DNA of 63,986 nt, filler included, from Phoronis australis (lineage: Eukaryota; Animalia; Phoronida): assembly GCA_002633005.1 (NCBI GenBank). It is 5 parts of 5 records of this genome, joined end to end, with 100 filler letters (N's around TTAATTAATTAA, not from the genome) between each part and the next. Parts side by side here need not be neighbours in the genome. Positions count along the whole stretch, not along the records: positions 1 to 24,564 come from NMRA01000622.1; 4 more parts are not named here. One strand, given 5' to 3'. Under the pieces are notes generated by a model. It had not been told where the DNA came from. It saw nothing but the letters and a program-made list of their open reading frames with translations, and did not search any database. A program made the position numbers and the translations under genes. Each line of letters begins with the position of its first letter. Positions within the stretch are counted from its first letter, which is position 1. This document shows, one piece after another, positions 1 through 11,886 of the stretch.

Positions 1-3000
1 CAGCAACAGAAGAACGTGTAGAATAAACAGCCCGACTGCTATTGAATTTACTGCTGAGATATACAGGAGCCAAGCCATTGATACATCTGTATATACAACA
101 GACAGAGAGTTATTTATTTATTTGTCTTACTTTCATAAATCCCATATATCCTTTGTAGAATCTCGTATACTGTTTCCTCAAAAGATTGAAGAAGATCCCA
201 CTTCCTTCACTGCAGCCTAAATTATAATAATTTTCTTACATAACGATTGGGTACCAAAACGCATGATTTTATTTTATCATTTATTGGCTATCATTTGCCC
301 TTCTGAATGTCTTAAGTTGTTCACCTTTGTCAAGACCAGGGTCACAAAATTGTAACATACTGCTGTTAACACCTTTTCAGTAAGTTACCTTTGTTTTAAA
401 TCCTCAGTTAAAATTACACACAGTGACAGAACTTGAGTAACTATTCCCTCGGATTATGTAGTCAATATTTATTGTGACAATTAACGACTTTCCATTCAGC
501 TCTTTAAAACAAAATAATGCTCTATAACCTTTGCCAACCCTTTATATTAATGTTTGTAGCAAACTTTGAAAGCTTACAAAGTCTGCTAACTGGAACGGAC
601 AAGCGCGAGTTATTACTATCACTTTAAACTCAAATTTCTCGAAAGTGTGTAATTTTGTCTGTGGAACTTTCGATTAAATTTTAAAAACGCACTAGTAAAT
701 GAATTGAGAACCATCAAAACAAAATTGTCCTCTTAAAATACCGAAGCTCTACAAAATTGTGCCCACCGCCCAAATGTATACTTCTATGACACTTTTGTTA
801 ATATTTTAAAATCCTGTATCTCAAGAGTTATTCCACGAGACAATCAAATGAAATCAAAAATTCACTCTAGGGTTAGTATTTCAGATTCAGCTTAACCTTT
901 GTATATGTGATCGTGGCGTGGCTCTGATACAAAAATCACCAATTTGGCACTCATTGATCTCTTAATTTTTTACTTGTATGGCTTTAAAATTTCACGAAAA
1001 AATGAGTCCAAGTTTTTGCATACTGAACAACAAAGTTCCAATATGAAAATCAGGTATATCGCGTGAATGAAAGAAAATACATTATGGGATGTAAAAATCG
1101 CACATAAATCTTGAAGCACTTTTTGCAGTGTAGAAAGTTGGTGTCACTCAAGTGCTTCTACAAGCCAGTTTACGGGAATGTGGACATTGAAAGGTATGTT
1201 TATGGATAGATCGTGGATGTGCGAACAAATTTAGGAAACGAATGCTTTTTTTCTTTTTTGTATAAAATGTCCCAATATTGGGTATTCCACACTTTTTAAA
1301 CGATTTTTGCAAATTCATGAAATGGTTTCAAACGCAAGGAATTAATGAGGATCAACATTTTAGAGACCATAATGCTGTCTGACTTATCCATTCACTATTT
1401 CACTCATTGAATGTTCACAATTGACAGTGTGTCAGAAGTTACACTGGCACACGTGATGACAAGTGCCTGTTGCCAAAGCTGTTAACACTCATAGTCACTG
1501 TTTTAAGGCTGATGTAGATAATTCTGAGTTGTGCACTATTTAAAGGCGATTTGGCTAGTATTTATAACCCACTCTTTTGGGTTTGAGACTGTGTGAAGCG
1601 GGGAACCGAAAATTATTGGTTCGCTTTGATAATGAAAAAGGATACACCACAGGAAAGCTATCGACATATGCAATACAAACATGAACAGATATCAAAATCG
1701 CACAATGTGTTCAAGTTATCGCTATTTTTATGTCAAAATCGACTCACATTTTCGGATCTGGTTCCATCTTGGACGAAAAGTTACGACTAACTGTTTATGA
1801 ATTATTTTCACTAATATTCTACAAAAAAATTAGTGGCACATACCTATACCTGCCAGTCTGTACGATTCGAGAGTTGTCACCAGAATTTAATCACAGATCT
1901 TACACTTATGGAGTCGTCAAAACGCTCACAATGGCAATATTTTCAGCCGTCTGTTAACAGTGAAGATTTAACTAGGACACATTTGTAGGCACGCTGCTAT
2001 AAAAAGGAAATTTTGTCCAGTGTTTGTGCTAAAACTATGAGAAATATTCTGTTTATTTCAATGTGAAGTGCCCATTCAATTGACTCGGCTAAAACAATTA
2101 TAGTTGAAGAAAAGAAGACTTCCAAATAAGAACTGTTTCGAAACATTATCAAGGTATGATTACGTGTCACAATATGTCACGCAGTTTTTTAACATTCATG
2201 TATAAATTGTGGTCTTAGTTGGGAATGAGAAAAGACCGTTTGTTCGGCAGTAGCTGCACTCTTCTTCAAGATGGCGGTCCCTAGGAGCATTTTTGTGTAT
2301 TGCTGGGTAGCGACTGAGAACTCGGCTGTATTCCAGGTAGCCCTCAAACACGCCAAAATTGCAAACAAATAGTTGGATGGCAGTACTTTTGAACCACATT
2401 TTTGTAATCTGTAGAAAATTTACCTTCAAAAGCTATTGTTGGCTTATGTCGCGCATCGGCCGGGAAGTGGTGGTTTTGGGGTGAAAAGTGCCAATTTTGA
2501 GTTTTTCACCCTTTTCTTAGCCTACCTTGCTTTTCAGTAGAAGTGAAAGGGCCACAAATAAGACGGAACAAATTTTCCGTGCTTATCTGTAAGGCTTGTG
2601 ACGTAAAATGAAACATTCTTCAAAACTCAGTGAGCTGTTCTGTGGCCCCTTACCATAAAACTGTTGTACGCCAAGTTAACGCATTTCATTTAATTCAACA
2701 TGCATGGCTAAGATTTACTGTTAATCGTGCAACGCTTACTGGACACCATATTATTGTTATGAGGCTTCATGTTAACTGGAGTTAAAGACCTTTGTTTGGA
2801 GCTCTTTAAACCCTGCCGGTCTTAGCTGAGGAGGGTGCGCGAGCACGTCCCCAGATCTACCCACGTGGTCACCCGCACTCAATATAACAAATTTATCAAC
2901 AATAATCCCGTGTAATTGCTGTTGGACTTTATTAAATCTCCTACTTTGCAGATCGAGACCAGAGGCGTACACGTTCGCATTGGTGCCTTACAGAATCTCC

Positions 3001-3051
3001 TTTGAACGAAACACAAGACAAGTCACATATGACGTGTGAGCAAGCTGGATC

Positions 3052-3528
3052 ATGAACATGTCTCTATATTCCAGGCCAGTACGAGAAGTATCTAGAATAA
3101 CCGAGTACCTCTACTTAGGGGGCGAGCATGGAGCTAACAGTGCCGAATGCAAGTCACGCGGTATAACGAACGTCATTAACGCCACCACGCACTTGCCGGA
3201 CGTACCTGGATTGTCAAAGATGCGCGTGTACGTCGAAGATGAAGCGATTTCAAACTTGTCTCTATATTTCGACAGGGTGGCAGATTCTATCCATGACACT
3301 CGTATGAGAGGCGGTAAGACATACGTTCACTGCGTGGCAGGTGTGAGCCGTTCAGCCACTCTTTGCATGGCGTATTTAATGAAGTACTGCGGGATGTCGC
3401 TCTACGATGCGCATCAACATGTGCAAATACGAAGGCCCGCCATTAACCCAAACATCGGATTTTGGCAACAGCTTTTGAGGTTTGAACGCTCTCTTTACGG
3501 GAAGAATTCAGTGACCATTCGACACTGA
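3052..3528 (+). CDS. Atypical dual-specificity protein phosphatase (DUSP14/18/21-like), single coding exon, 158 aa
   Basis: Intact ORF with the DSP signature: ITEYLYLG, GITNVINAT, general-acid loop VEDE, catalytic VHCVAGVSRSAT (HCxxGxSRS), AYLM and RPAINPNIGFWQQL. Confidence 0.93.
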   Translation: MNMSLYSRPVREVSRITEYLYLGGEHGANSAECKSRGITNVINATTHLPDVPGLSKMRVYVEDEAISNLSLYFDRVADSIHDTRMRGGKTYVHCVAGVSRSATLCMAYLMKYCGMSLYDAHQHVQIRRPAINPNIGFWQQLLRFERSLYGKNSVTIRH

Positions 3529-4823
3529 GAGCAGTCCATTATTACTGACGAGAGGTTGGCGGCCATTTCATCCCATTTCCCATAAACGGCTGGTTGAGAT
3601 TTTTTCAAACGCGTATCTCAGTGAACTTACGTCTCAAAATGGAGCAGTCACACTTTCGGAAAGGAGAAATGACTGAGGGAGCCCCCCGACACCGGAGGCA
3701 GGGTCGACACATTTGGCCCCTTAAATCCGCTGTAGTCTGATTAGGTGTGTCGAAGTGATGATGCATGTACATGTACATCACTAGGGTCATCCAGGAGCCA
3801 CATCTCATTTGCATAGAATACAGGAAAACACACCCTTATGGTTGTGGGAACGTCAGCAACGTTTGACATAGATTTCACGAGCACCATTAGACAATAGGCC
3901 TAAAACCACCGATTTTAATTGCCGAATTAAAAAAAAATTCTCTGTGTTGGTATGGATTTTTCCGACACGTCAATCAGGCTTAGTTCTTTCCATTGCGGGC
4001 GCGGGAACACGTAATCACAACTATAGCCCGTCATTGTCCAACAAAACATGTTTGCGCGGTTTTGTTACGATGGTGACTCGCAAGAAGTTGAAATACACAT
4101 GGCTCAAGCTGAGTGACCAACGCAAACACGACTCAAACTGAGTGAGTGGGAAAAGTTTTGGTCGAGATGCTCCGTACTTGAGGACGACGTAACTCCGTCA
4201 TTGCGTAATGATTCCGACGAGCGTAAAGTCCAACACTGAAGATTCGTATTCACATTAGTTTCATTCAGTTATCAGTCAACGACCGGAGAGTCAGTGGGTT
4301 GTGACAGTCAAATACCATGCACAAAGACCGTGTCTCAGTGCTACACTGACCTGCTAATATACAGTTACATCAAGAATTAAAAATGGTGCCACCAGGGCAG
4401 GATTCAATGCAAAGGAAATACCGGGTCCATCCATGTTACGATAGACTGCATTTTGCTTAACTGGGCTTTACAGTTGAACTACCAACGGTAACGTTATGAT
4501 TTGCAAAATGTAGGCCAAATTGTGTTCCACTGTGTTTCTGTGCTTTTAGCCTCGTGTCTGTAAATACAAACATAGAACTGTAGCTCTGGAATGCCAACTC
4601 CAATCTCGAGGCCGCTGAGTTTGCGCCACGCATGCGTGTGAGTTGATTGCATTCGTTAAAAATAAACTTTGTTCCGGTGCATGTACTTACTATGGAATTT
4701 ACTATCAATAAAACTTTTCGCAACTCCGCCGTTTTTCAACAGAATTGCGTAAGAGCCATATCATTAGGAAGCCCTTTGTCAGTTCTTGATGATTATACCA
4801 GAAGCAAAAGATAAATAATTTAA

Positions 4824-5190
4824 TGGAGAATGCCACCTGATTTAAATAGTCTTTTTACCGCCTTAATCGGTCTACATCCACATCTCCTCGTATACTGTCG
4901 ATATTATCTCGCCTAGAGGTGTCGCGTTAACCTGTGAGGAAGGTGAGAAACGACGCAGCGACGTCAGTGGTTCTTTGGCAAAGTGAGTGCCGCTATGGTG
5001 TGGTGTATCTTTACCGCTTGTGCGAACTATGAAGCTGCGACGAAAGCGGGCATCTCGTTTTTGCGATGTTGTCGAGAGCTCATAATGTTTCGGAAGTGGC
5101 TCGAGGTAGTGAAGAATGAAAGTACGCCGTTAATACCAAGTATGAGGCCGTGAATTTTATCCGTTTCTGTTTGTGGTTTGCATTTCGTCG
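4824..5190 (+). mobile_element. Partial Kolobok-like transposon end with frameshifted THAP remnant (inverted relative of 34278-35951)
   Basis: TTAA followed by TGGAGAATGCCACC, matching the terminus GGTGGCATTCTCCT|TTAA at 35938-35955 in reverse complement. About 350 bp of homology to 35590-35951. Remnant reads MVWCIFTACAN..ISFLR..RKWLEVVKN..VCGLHF from 4995. Confidence 0.7.
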
Positions 5191-6714
5191 GATCGGTTGT
5201 TGATCAGTTTTTATTATGGAGAATTGTAGTTGGCCATGGAAACATAAACAATTACAATTAATATAGGACGTGAGAACATAACTTTTATTTATATAACCTG
5301 ATTGATAACTGACTCGTTCGTGAAGCTTCCGTTTGGTCCTCTGGATGTAGGATGTTTCAGCCAATGAGTTCTATTTCTCAGCCCTAAAAACGTCATAAGC
5401 ACACCTTTTTAGATGCGGTGCAAAAACAGCATGTTCCGAGAGGCACATTTGCGCTTCTCCAAGAATTCGTTTCACTTGAGGAATTTCGTGGCAGCAAACG
5501 CAAGCGTCAGTCGTTTCCATTATTGTGCGGTTAGCTCATGGACAAGTCATTCAAACCGTTTTCGAAACTATCCATACGTTTCGTTGTCTGCACGTTTACG
5601 GAGCCTCTCTAGTATTTCTTGATCAGTGTATTCTTGTGAAACCTTTCGTCGGATGAGCACTGGTCTAAGTTCAGAGTGCAAGTTGCCACGTTGACGTTTG
5701 CTTTTTGCGTTCTGTTTCAAAATGAATTATTCTCACCCTAATCAATGCTTATATGAAACTGAAACTCAGTCTTTCTCATTAGATAGAATTTGTAATGCCT
5801 TGGTGTGTTCGTGAGTGAAAATGTTTTGAGAAGACAGGAATGAATAAATCACTGCGTTACCCGCCTTAGATCCACTAATAAACTAATTGACCGCCCTGGC
5901 ACCAACGAGGCCATGTGAGACGCATGCTAATTCAGTGTTTGCTGACAGAAAGCTGTTGTGAAACCATAACTCAATTTTATATCCCATGGTCAGATGTTTG
6001 GGGAATATTTTTTTAGATATTCATATGCATTATTCGAATCATTGTTACTGTACAACTTTTGCCCTGACGGTTCTGTGGAAGGCTAACCTGACTTCGCGGT
6101 CGCGACAAGCTAGTTAGTTTATTTGCAGTTTCGCAGCTAATTCACCAAAATAATCAGCGAGTACGTTTTTCTTTGGCTCACTAGTATAGTCTTTTCGTGA
6201 TTGGAAGTTTAGTTTTCAACTTTGGCTGCTTTACGTTCGTCAGTGATACCTAGTCTCGGGGTCGCAATTTCTAATGCGCAGGCATAACGCTCGATGGAGT
6301 GTCTCAGTGATAAAGAATTTCAACAACGCCATGTGTTTTTACCATCCCGAGTACGTCCACCGGAAAAAATGTGTTTGTCATTTTCTCCCCCAAAATCACA
6401 AACCCAGAACTGCCTCTGTCCCAGCCCTAGAGACCGTGGGAACAGGTGTTGCTTTTGCTTGTATTTCACGACAGGCAAAAACAAGTACGAACCAACATAG
6501 CTGCTCTGAGTTCCCAAGCGTGAGAGATAATCAGCGATATAGACCGGCAGCCCAGAGCACTTAGCATAGATGAACGAGGTACCAACATCTGACCACGGGA
6601 GCATTTAAAGTCCATCTCAGTATGTACAGAAATGGACGTCTGCCGTTGTCTGCACTCTGGGTGTGACCCCTGGGGGCCTTACAAAGACCCCAAAAATGAG
6701 CTAGACTAGATATT

Positions 6715-6905
6715 CGAGGTACCAACCAAAACTGATTTAAAACGAACAATAATACCGCACTGAACACCGAATGACCCATGACAGACAAATTGCACTCTGG
6801 AATGGGTCCGGCAGAAGCCAAAAAAGGACCCCCCAAAAATGAGNACGCACCTAAAAGTACGACCGCCCCACCAGAAAATAGGACCGCCGGGGACTAAACA
6901 TGACC
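6715..6905 (+). repeat. Fragment of a non-autonomous element starting CGAGGTACC and carrying GACCGCC subterminal motifs
   Basis: CGAGGTACCA at 6715 (also at 6575) matches the terminus of the MITE at 7940. 6846-6905 matches 13000-13060 (GACCGCCCCACCA..AGGACCGCCG.GGACT.AACATGACC). Confidence 0.55.
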
Positions 6906-7670
6906 CGGCGCCGGGGATTGAAACCGCAGTGACAAGCAAGTGAAGATTTACTACCGGTAGGCCTACACAGATCATACGTATGCATATGCAGGTCTCGTGC
7001 CGATTACTCCAACGAAATCTTTTGTGCGCTACAGGAAACTTCGCTTTGTAACACGCGGCGCTTTTGAGTTTTAACCACAAACCAACCATGTTGCACGCTT
7101 TTGAGCTAAATAATTATAACTTTATCCACTGCGAAAGTGTTAGAACAAAATGAAAATCGTTTTCTCGGCAATTTGACGTTTTAGTCAAGAAAAAACGGGC
7201 GTCCTGGTTCTCGGGTGAAGCATCATAACTAGCCTTTGTGCGGCAAAGCAGTATACCTGGGAGTAATAAAAGTCCTAGAGTGTACTAAATATACAGCTTG
7301 GCGCCGATGTGGGTAAAACACTGAACATATAAAATCTTCACCGAATTAGTGTTATTAACGACACTCTTCCTTGAGTAAACTAAATTATTTATTAGCGGTC
7401 TTCGGGAAAAATTGTCGTTCTGTCGTTATTCTGCTGCTTTTTGAGATGCGTTCTTTTAGGTCGGCTTACGTTGACCAGTTCCTTAATTTTTTCACCGTTC
7501 AGTCAACTCTTAATCTTCTCTTCTGCGTACATCAATGGCACGACAAATTATTGGTACTGGTTTCATTTTGTCATAAGTTTTTAGTATTTTAATACCAGCA
7601 AATCGAATTTCAGAACAAATCGTGCTGCTGCGAAGTTGAGTCATCCGATTTTCCGAAAGATGTCGAAAAT

Positions 7671-8666
7671 TTTAGGAAATGGCGCGTGCTCATGTCACGA
7701 GCGCGACAGACTTTTATGTTACATTAGGCAAACAAATGACTTTCATTAGATTGTTTTTCACTCTTAAAAGTGGCTGCAACCTGCAAGGTGAGTGTTGATT
7801 GACTCCTAGATTTTGCATGCGCCTGCTCCGCTCGCTAGCTCTACATGTTGCATAAGTTTCACGACGAGGTGACGAGCAGAACTATAATACCCGGGCTGTG
7901 GGAAATTTCGGGGATGTAACGGAGCTCAATAATTACGCACGAGGTACCTAAACTACACGGTCAACGGACTCATAAACACGGGCACGGACGCATGAACACA
8001 ACTCACGGACCTGCAAACACCGTCCCGGCACTGACTCACACTAAAAAACACGGGAACGGACTCACAAAACACGATCCACGCACCCAAATACACGGGACAC
8101 GGACTCATATTCACGAGGAAACACGGTTAACGGACCGCCAAACAGCGGGTCACGGACTCATCGGCTTCCTATGTCAGCTGACGTCTTCATTTTGTCCGTG
8201 ACCCGTCGTGTGTTTGGCGGTCCGTTAACCGTGTTTCCTTGTGAATATGAGTCCGTGTCCCGTGCATGTGGGTGCGTGGATCGTGTTTTGTGAGCCCGTT
8301 CCCGTGTTTGTGAGTCAGTGGACGGTGTTTTCAGGTCCGTGAGTCGTGTTTATGAGTCCGTTGACCGTGTAGTTTAGGTACCTTGACGCAGTCAGTGCTA
8401 CCAAGCTTTATTTTGGCGAGTCTTTACACAGCCAGCTGACCGGTTACGTAATCACAAGCAGTATCATACAAAGACATTGATAACTACATATTGTCTGGCG
8501 GTCATGTTCAGTCCCCGGCGGTCCTGTTTTCTGGTGGGGCGGTCATGTTTTTAGGTGGGTCAGTCTCGTTTTCTGGTGCGACGGTCCCAATTGATCCCCG
8601 GAGGTCCTGTTTTGGGTGAGTCAGTCCGATTTAGAGGACCGGCGGTCATGTTGTTTCTCACCCGTG
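7671..8666 (-). mobile_element. Interspersed ~540-bp element, copy A (interrupted by the MITE at 7940-8385)
   Basis: Reverse complement of 12891-13430 over its whole length once the nested MITE is removed; both copies share the same two boundaries. Confidence 0.85.
7940..8385. mobile_element. Fold-back MITE (446 bp, almost fully palindromic) with 5-bp TSD ACGCA
   Basis: CGAGGTACCTAAACTACACGGTCAACGGACTCATAAACACG ... CGTGTTTATGAGTCCGTTGACCGTGTAGTTTAGGTACCTTG. ACGCA at 7935-7939 and 8386-8390. The empty site is visible in copy B near 13160-13175. Confidence 0.9.
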
Positions 8667-8756
8667 CATTAAACTGAATGACCAGTTACTAGTTAGTACA
8701 GGACAACGTCGCTATCTCGAAATCAGGATTAAACCGGTTTCAACAGCGAGGTGTTA

Positions 8757-8976
8757 GCCTAGCGTACATCGACACTCATACACAACCACTTTGAAGTGGT
8801 TACCGACAACTGAGAGCAACTGATGGAAACTGATCGATTTGAGAGTCTGGCCGATGTGCGTCTTTTTACCATTGACGGCGTACAGCTGATCGCTCGGTTG
8901 CCGTCAGTTGCACATGTTCTACTTTCTCGCCACCGGTTCCACTCAGTTTCGCTGGTCTATACCGAAGTACGCCCTT
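8757..8976. repeat. Degenerate inverted-repeat MITE remnant
   Basis: CTAGCGTACATCGACA..GCAACTGATGGAAACTGA is mirrored by TCGGTTGCCGTCAGTTGC..CCGAAGTACGCCCT. Confidence 0.4.
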
Positions 8977-10481
8977 GCTGCAGCTAGTGATGGTGACCAT
9001 TTAACGTACATGTGGTGGTCATGCGACCTAATTTTATTCTATAAAGTGTACGGAATTTTTGTAATAAATTGAAGTCATATTCGTCTTTGTTATATTACGC
9101 AAAAACTAGGCCTTTTTATTGAAAACGTTAAAATGCGTTTTTGAGATTGATAAATAAATAATAAATTTGGAAAGTTTCAGCAAATTATACCAAGCCGTTT
9201 TTGAAAACCCCTTTAATTTCCTAGAATTTCAAATACAGTCGATTTGCCGAAGCCGAGAAAAAACCGATTTAATTGGGACGAGTGAAAATCTCAAAGTCTT
9301 CGGTTAATTATACGGTAAAAAACTTGTTTTCGGTCAATATAACCTATACATGCCTTTATTGTTAGTTATTTCAGCATTCAATCGTAATGTCAACAGAATA
9401 TGCAGTGCGTAATTACTTAAAGTCCTTATCTCAAAATGCCAAGGTTGCTCTTGTTTTGGACTTGTCATACTTATGTGCTCGAACGAGCCCCCTATTTGGA
9501 GAAATGGAAAGGTCTGCCTCCGTCAGGCAGAGAAGCAAGAACTCCGAAATAAGTAGAAAACGTGACAAAAGTCCACTGAAGGCAGGAATTACATAAATTT
9601 GGCGTCTGCAATTCATAGCCCCGAAAACACCCAGTGAATCTTACAGTCAGAGGGAAAACATTCTCAAAAATTCGAGCCCCTCCATTTTTTAGGCTTGGTG
9701 TGCTCATGCAAAGTCTGGGCAAATCTCTCTTGAAAGCCAACAACTTTGCACAGTTTGCCAGAAGGCTCCCAAGTTCTACATAAACCTCGTTTTAGCGAGC
9801 GCCGGCTGTGGCCACAGGGACTCGGTAGGCCTAAGGGTAGCCTTGGCGCAAAGCTGTATACTAAAAAGCTGTATCATGACGATAGTCGATCTTCATACTG
9901 GCTGCTGGCAGGCTAGCTAACCTCAGGGCTGTCGCGGCAGTGTGAATCAGGACTAACCCGGCAGCCTGTAATTTTATGCAAGTGTCTGAAACTACCTTTG
10001 TAGGTATACGGCATTTATGATTTGAACCTTTTACTTCAACAAAACTGCTTGCAACCGCATGCCTTTACCGTTAGCCAGTGTCTGGTCTCGGTCCGCACGA
10101 GGTCCGATATGCTGCGGCCCCAACTCCGGCAAAATAATTTCTGTCAAAATTTATTCGCCAAATTTTGTCAGCAATTTCGATACAATTATCCGTATTTTGA
10201 TTTCATTAACGTTAAGGGGCGCTGTCGTTTATTTTATCCCCGTTTGCAGGCTGGTAACAAACACTGCGGTCGCACAGACGGCGTATACTGGGTTCCTGAA
10301 TAAATAGTGCTTCCGGATTCGCGGTATGTTCAAAATGGCGGACCGGGTGTGTTCTGATCGGGTGCGAATCGTGAGTGGTGCGTTTATTTCAACTTTATTA
10401 GATTACAGATTGTGTATTAGTTATGGGGTAGGTACTTCTTGGATCGCTATAACATCCTCTAACCATGTAATAAGGGCTAAC

Positions 10482-10787
10482 CAGTGGCGGATTTAGGGGG
10501 GGGGGCAAGGGGTCCATGCCCCCCCCTAAAATTCTACCTGATACCATTTGGCAGTTTGGCTGCGAATTGCTGAGTAGCACATGCGCGCAACCAGGGGGTG
10601 AATAAACACTGCATATATGTAGGCCCTGAAAAAACCCCGTAACCCCGTAACTTTTGTTTTAGTCAAAAAGGTCCGCAAACCCAAAGATTCGAGACCCCTG
10701 CATCGCTACCATTTAGGCACATCTGCCGAAATTCTGGCTATTCCTGTGCCCTGGCCCCCCTAATTCAAAATCCTCGATCCGCCACTG
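10482..10787. mobile_element. CAGTGGCGGAT-type MITE (hAT-like ends)
   Basis: TIR CAGTGGCGGAT ... ATCCGCCACTG with internal G/C runs. Related ends at 11055-11211, 12242-12371, 58529, 59063 and 59950. Confidence 0.75.
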
Positions 10788-11054
10788 CTAAGAATGTGTG
10801 CTTCTTGGACTTTAATTATCGTTAAACGTACAGTCCTCAGCCACAAGGTAAGGCCAACTGATACTTGTTATTAACCTACTTAAACGTAGGTCACAGTCTG
10901 CACACATCACGTGCTGGGAGATTGAAACGAAACCAAATAAGAACAGGATAACAAAAATCGAGTCGGTGGTTAAATGCATGTCGTTAGCGTGAGATCGAAA
11001 CAGCGAAATGTCAATTCACTTATAGAATTAAGGAATTTGGGTGAGGTATCAGAC

Positions 11055-11211
11055 GGGGGCGGATCCAGGATTTTGAGTTTAGGGGAGCAGGGCAAAGTAT
11101 TAGGCCAGGATTTTGCCCGCCATACATTCGCACCCCCGAACTCCCAAATGGAATCTGGGGGAATTTCAAGGGGGCCATGACCCCCTTAGCCCTTCTCTAA
11201 ATCCGCCACTG
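11055..11211. mobile_element. Second CAGTGGCGGAT-family MITE
   Basis: GGGGCGGATCCAGGATTT ... TAAATCCGCCACTG, with the same GGGG.CCATG.CCCCC internal motif as 10482-10787. Confidence 0.65.
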
Positions 11212-11683
11212 GGATTTATCTCATTTCACAACTTGCTGTGTTCGTGACCCCAGAAGCGTGAGGCGACTCTTAATTAGCATTCGTTCTCAACGGTGATCGT
11301 TTGCATGTAGACACAAATGACCATGTTAACGATTCACATGAAAACAATATTTGTTTTCCCTCCTCAAGGTCAATGGGGTCATTTGAGTTGAGATTTAAAG
11401 AGACATTTACGTCTTACATAACTCACAGTGCCTTGTGACGCAATATTACGAGGTCAGTGCATATTACGTCACTGAAATATGTTTTTGCAACTTTGAAACA
11501 GCTTGAATGCCATGAACACTTGATAAACATACGTTTTTGAGTATAATACACACAATTAACCTGAACAAGTAGCTTTGTCTGTAGTGTACGAGTACTTTAC
11601 TTACCCTGACATTTCAGTGACGGAAACTTTATCTTAAACCAGATTTACGCCCTTTGACCGAAGTCTAGCGCAGTAGCTGTTTC

Positions 11684-11716
11684 TATATAACATGACTCTG
11701 ATTTCGCACCGTCATT
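11684..11716 (+). promoter_or_regulatory. Putative BHMT core promoter: TATA box plus initiator
   Basis: TATATAA at 11684-11690. TCATT at 11712-11716 has its A 30 nt from the TATA start and 16 nt upstream of the ATG at 11730. Confidence 0.55.
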
Positions 11717-11729
11717 GTAATTCACAAGA

Positions 11730-11886
11730 ATGGCAACGAAAGAGAGCGTTGGTTCCAGGTTCTTGCAGCAACTACAAAATGGCCCGATTATCGGTGACGG
11801 TGGTTATGTTTTTGCCTTGGAAAAGCGCGGTTACGTAATGGGCGGTCCATGGACACCGGAAGCGGTACTGGAGTATCCCGATGCTG
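11730..11886 (+). CDS. BHMT: BHMT exon 1
   Basis: [39 protein letters not shown]; donor G|GTATGA. Confidence 0.93.

Noticed and set aside
300-2800. AT-rich region that looks TE-derived, with recurring CTGTTAA words
   Set aside because: I could not identify matching termini, a TSD or a coding remnant, so it is left unannotated.
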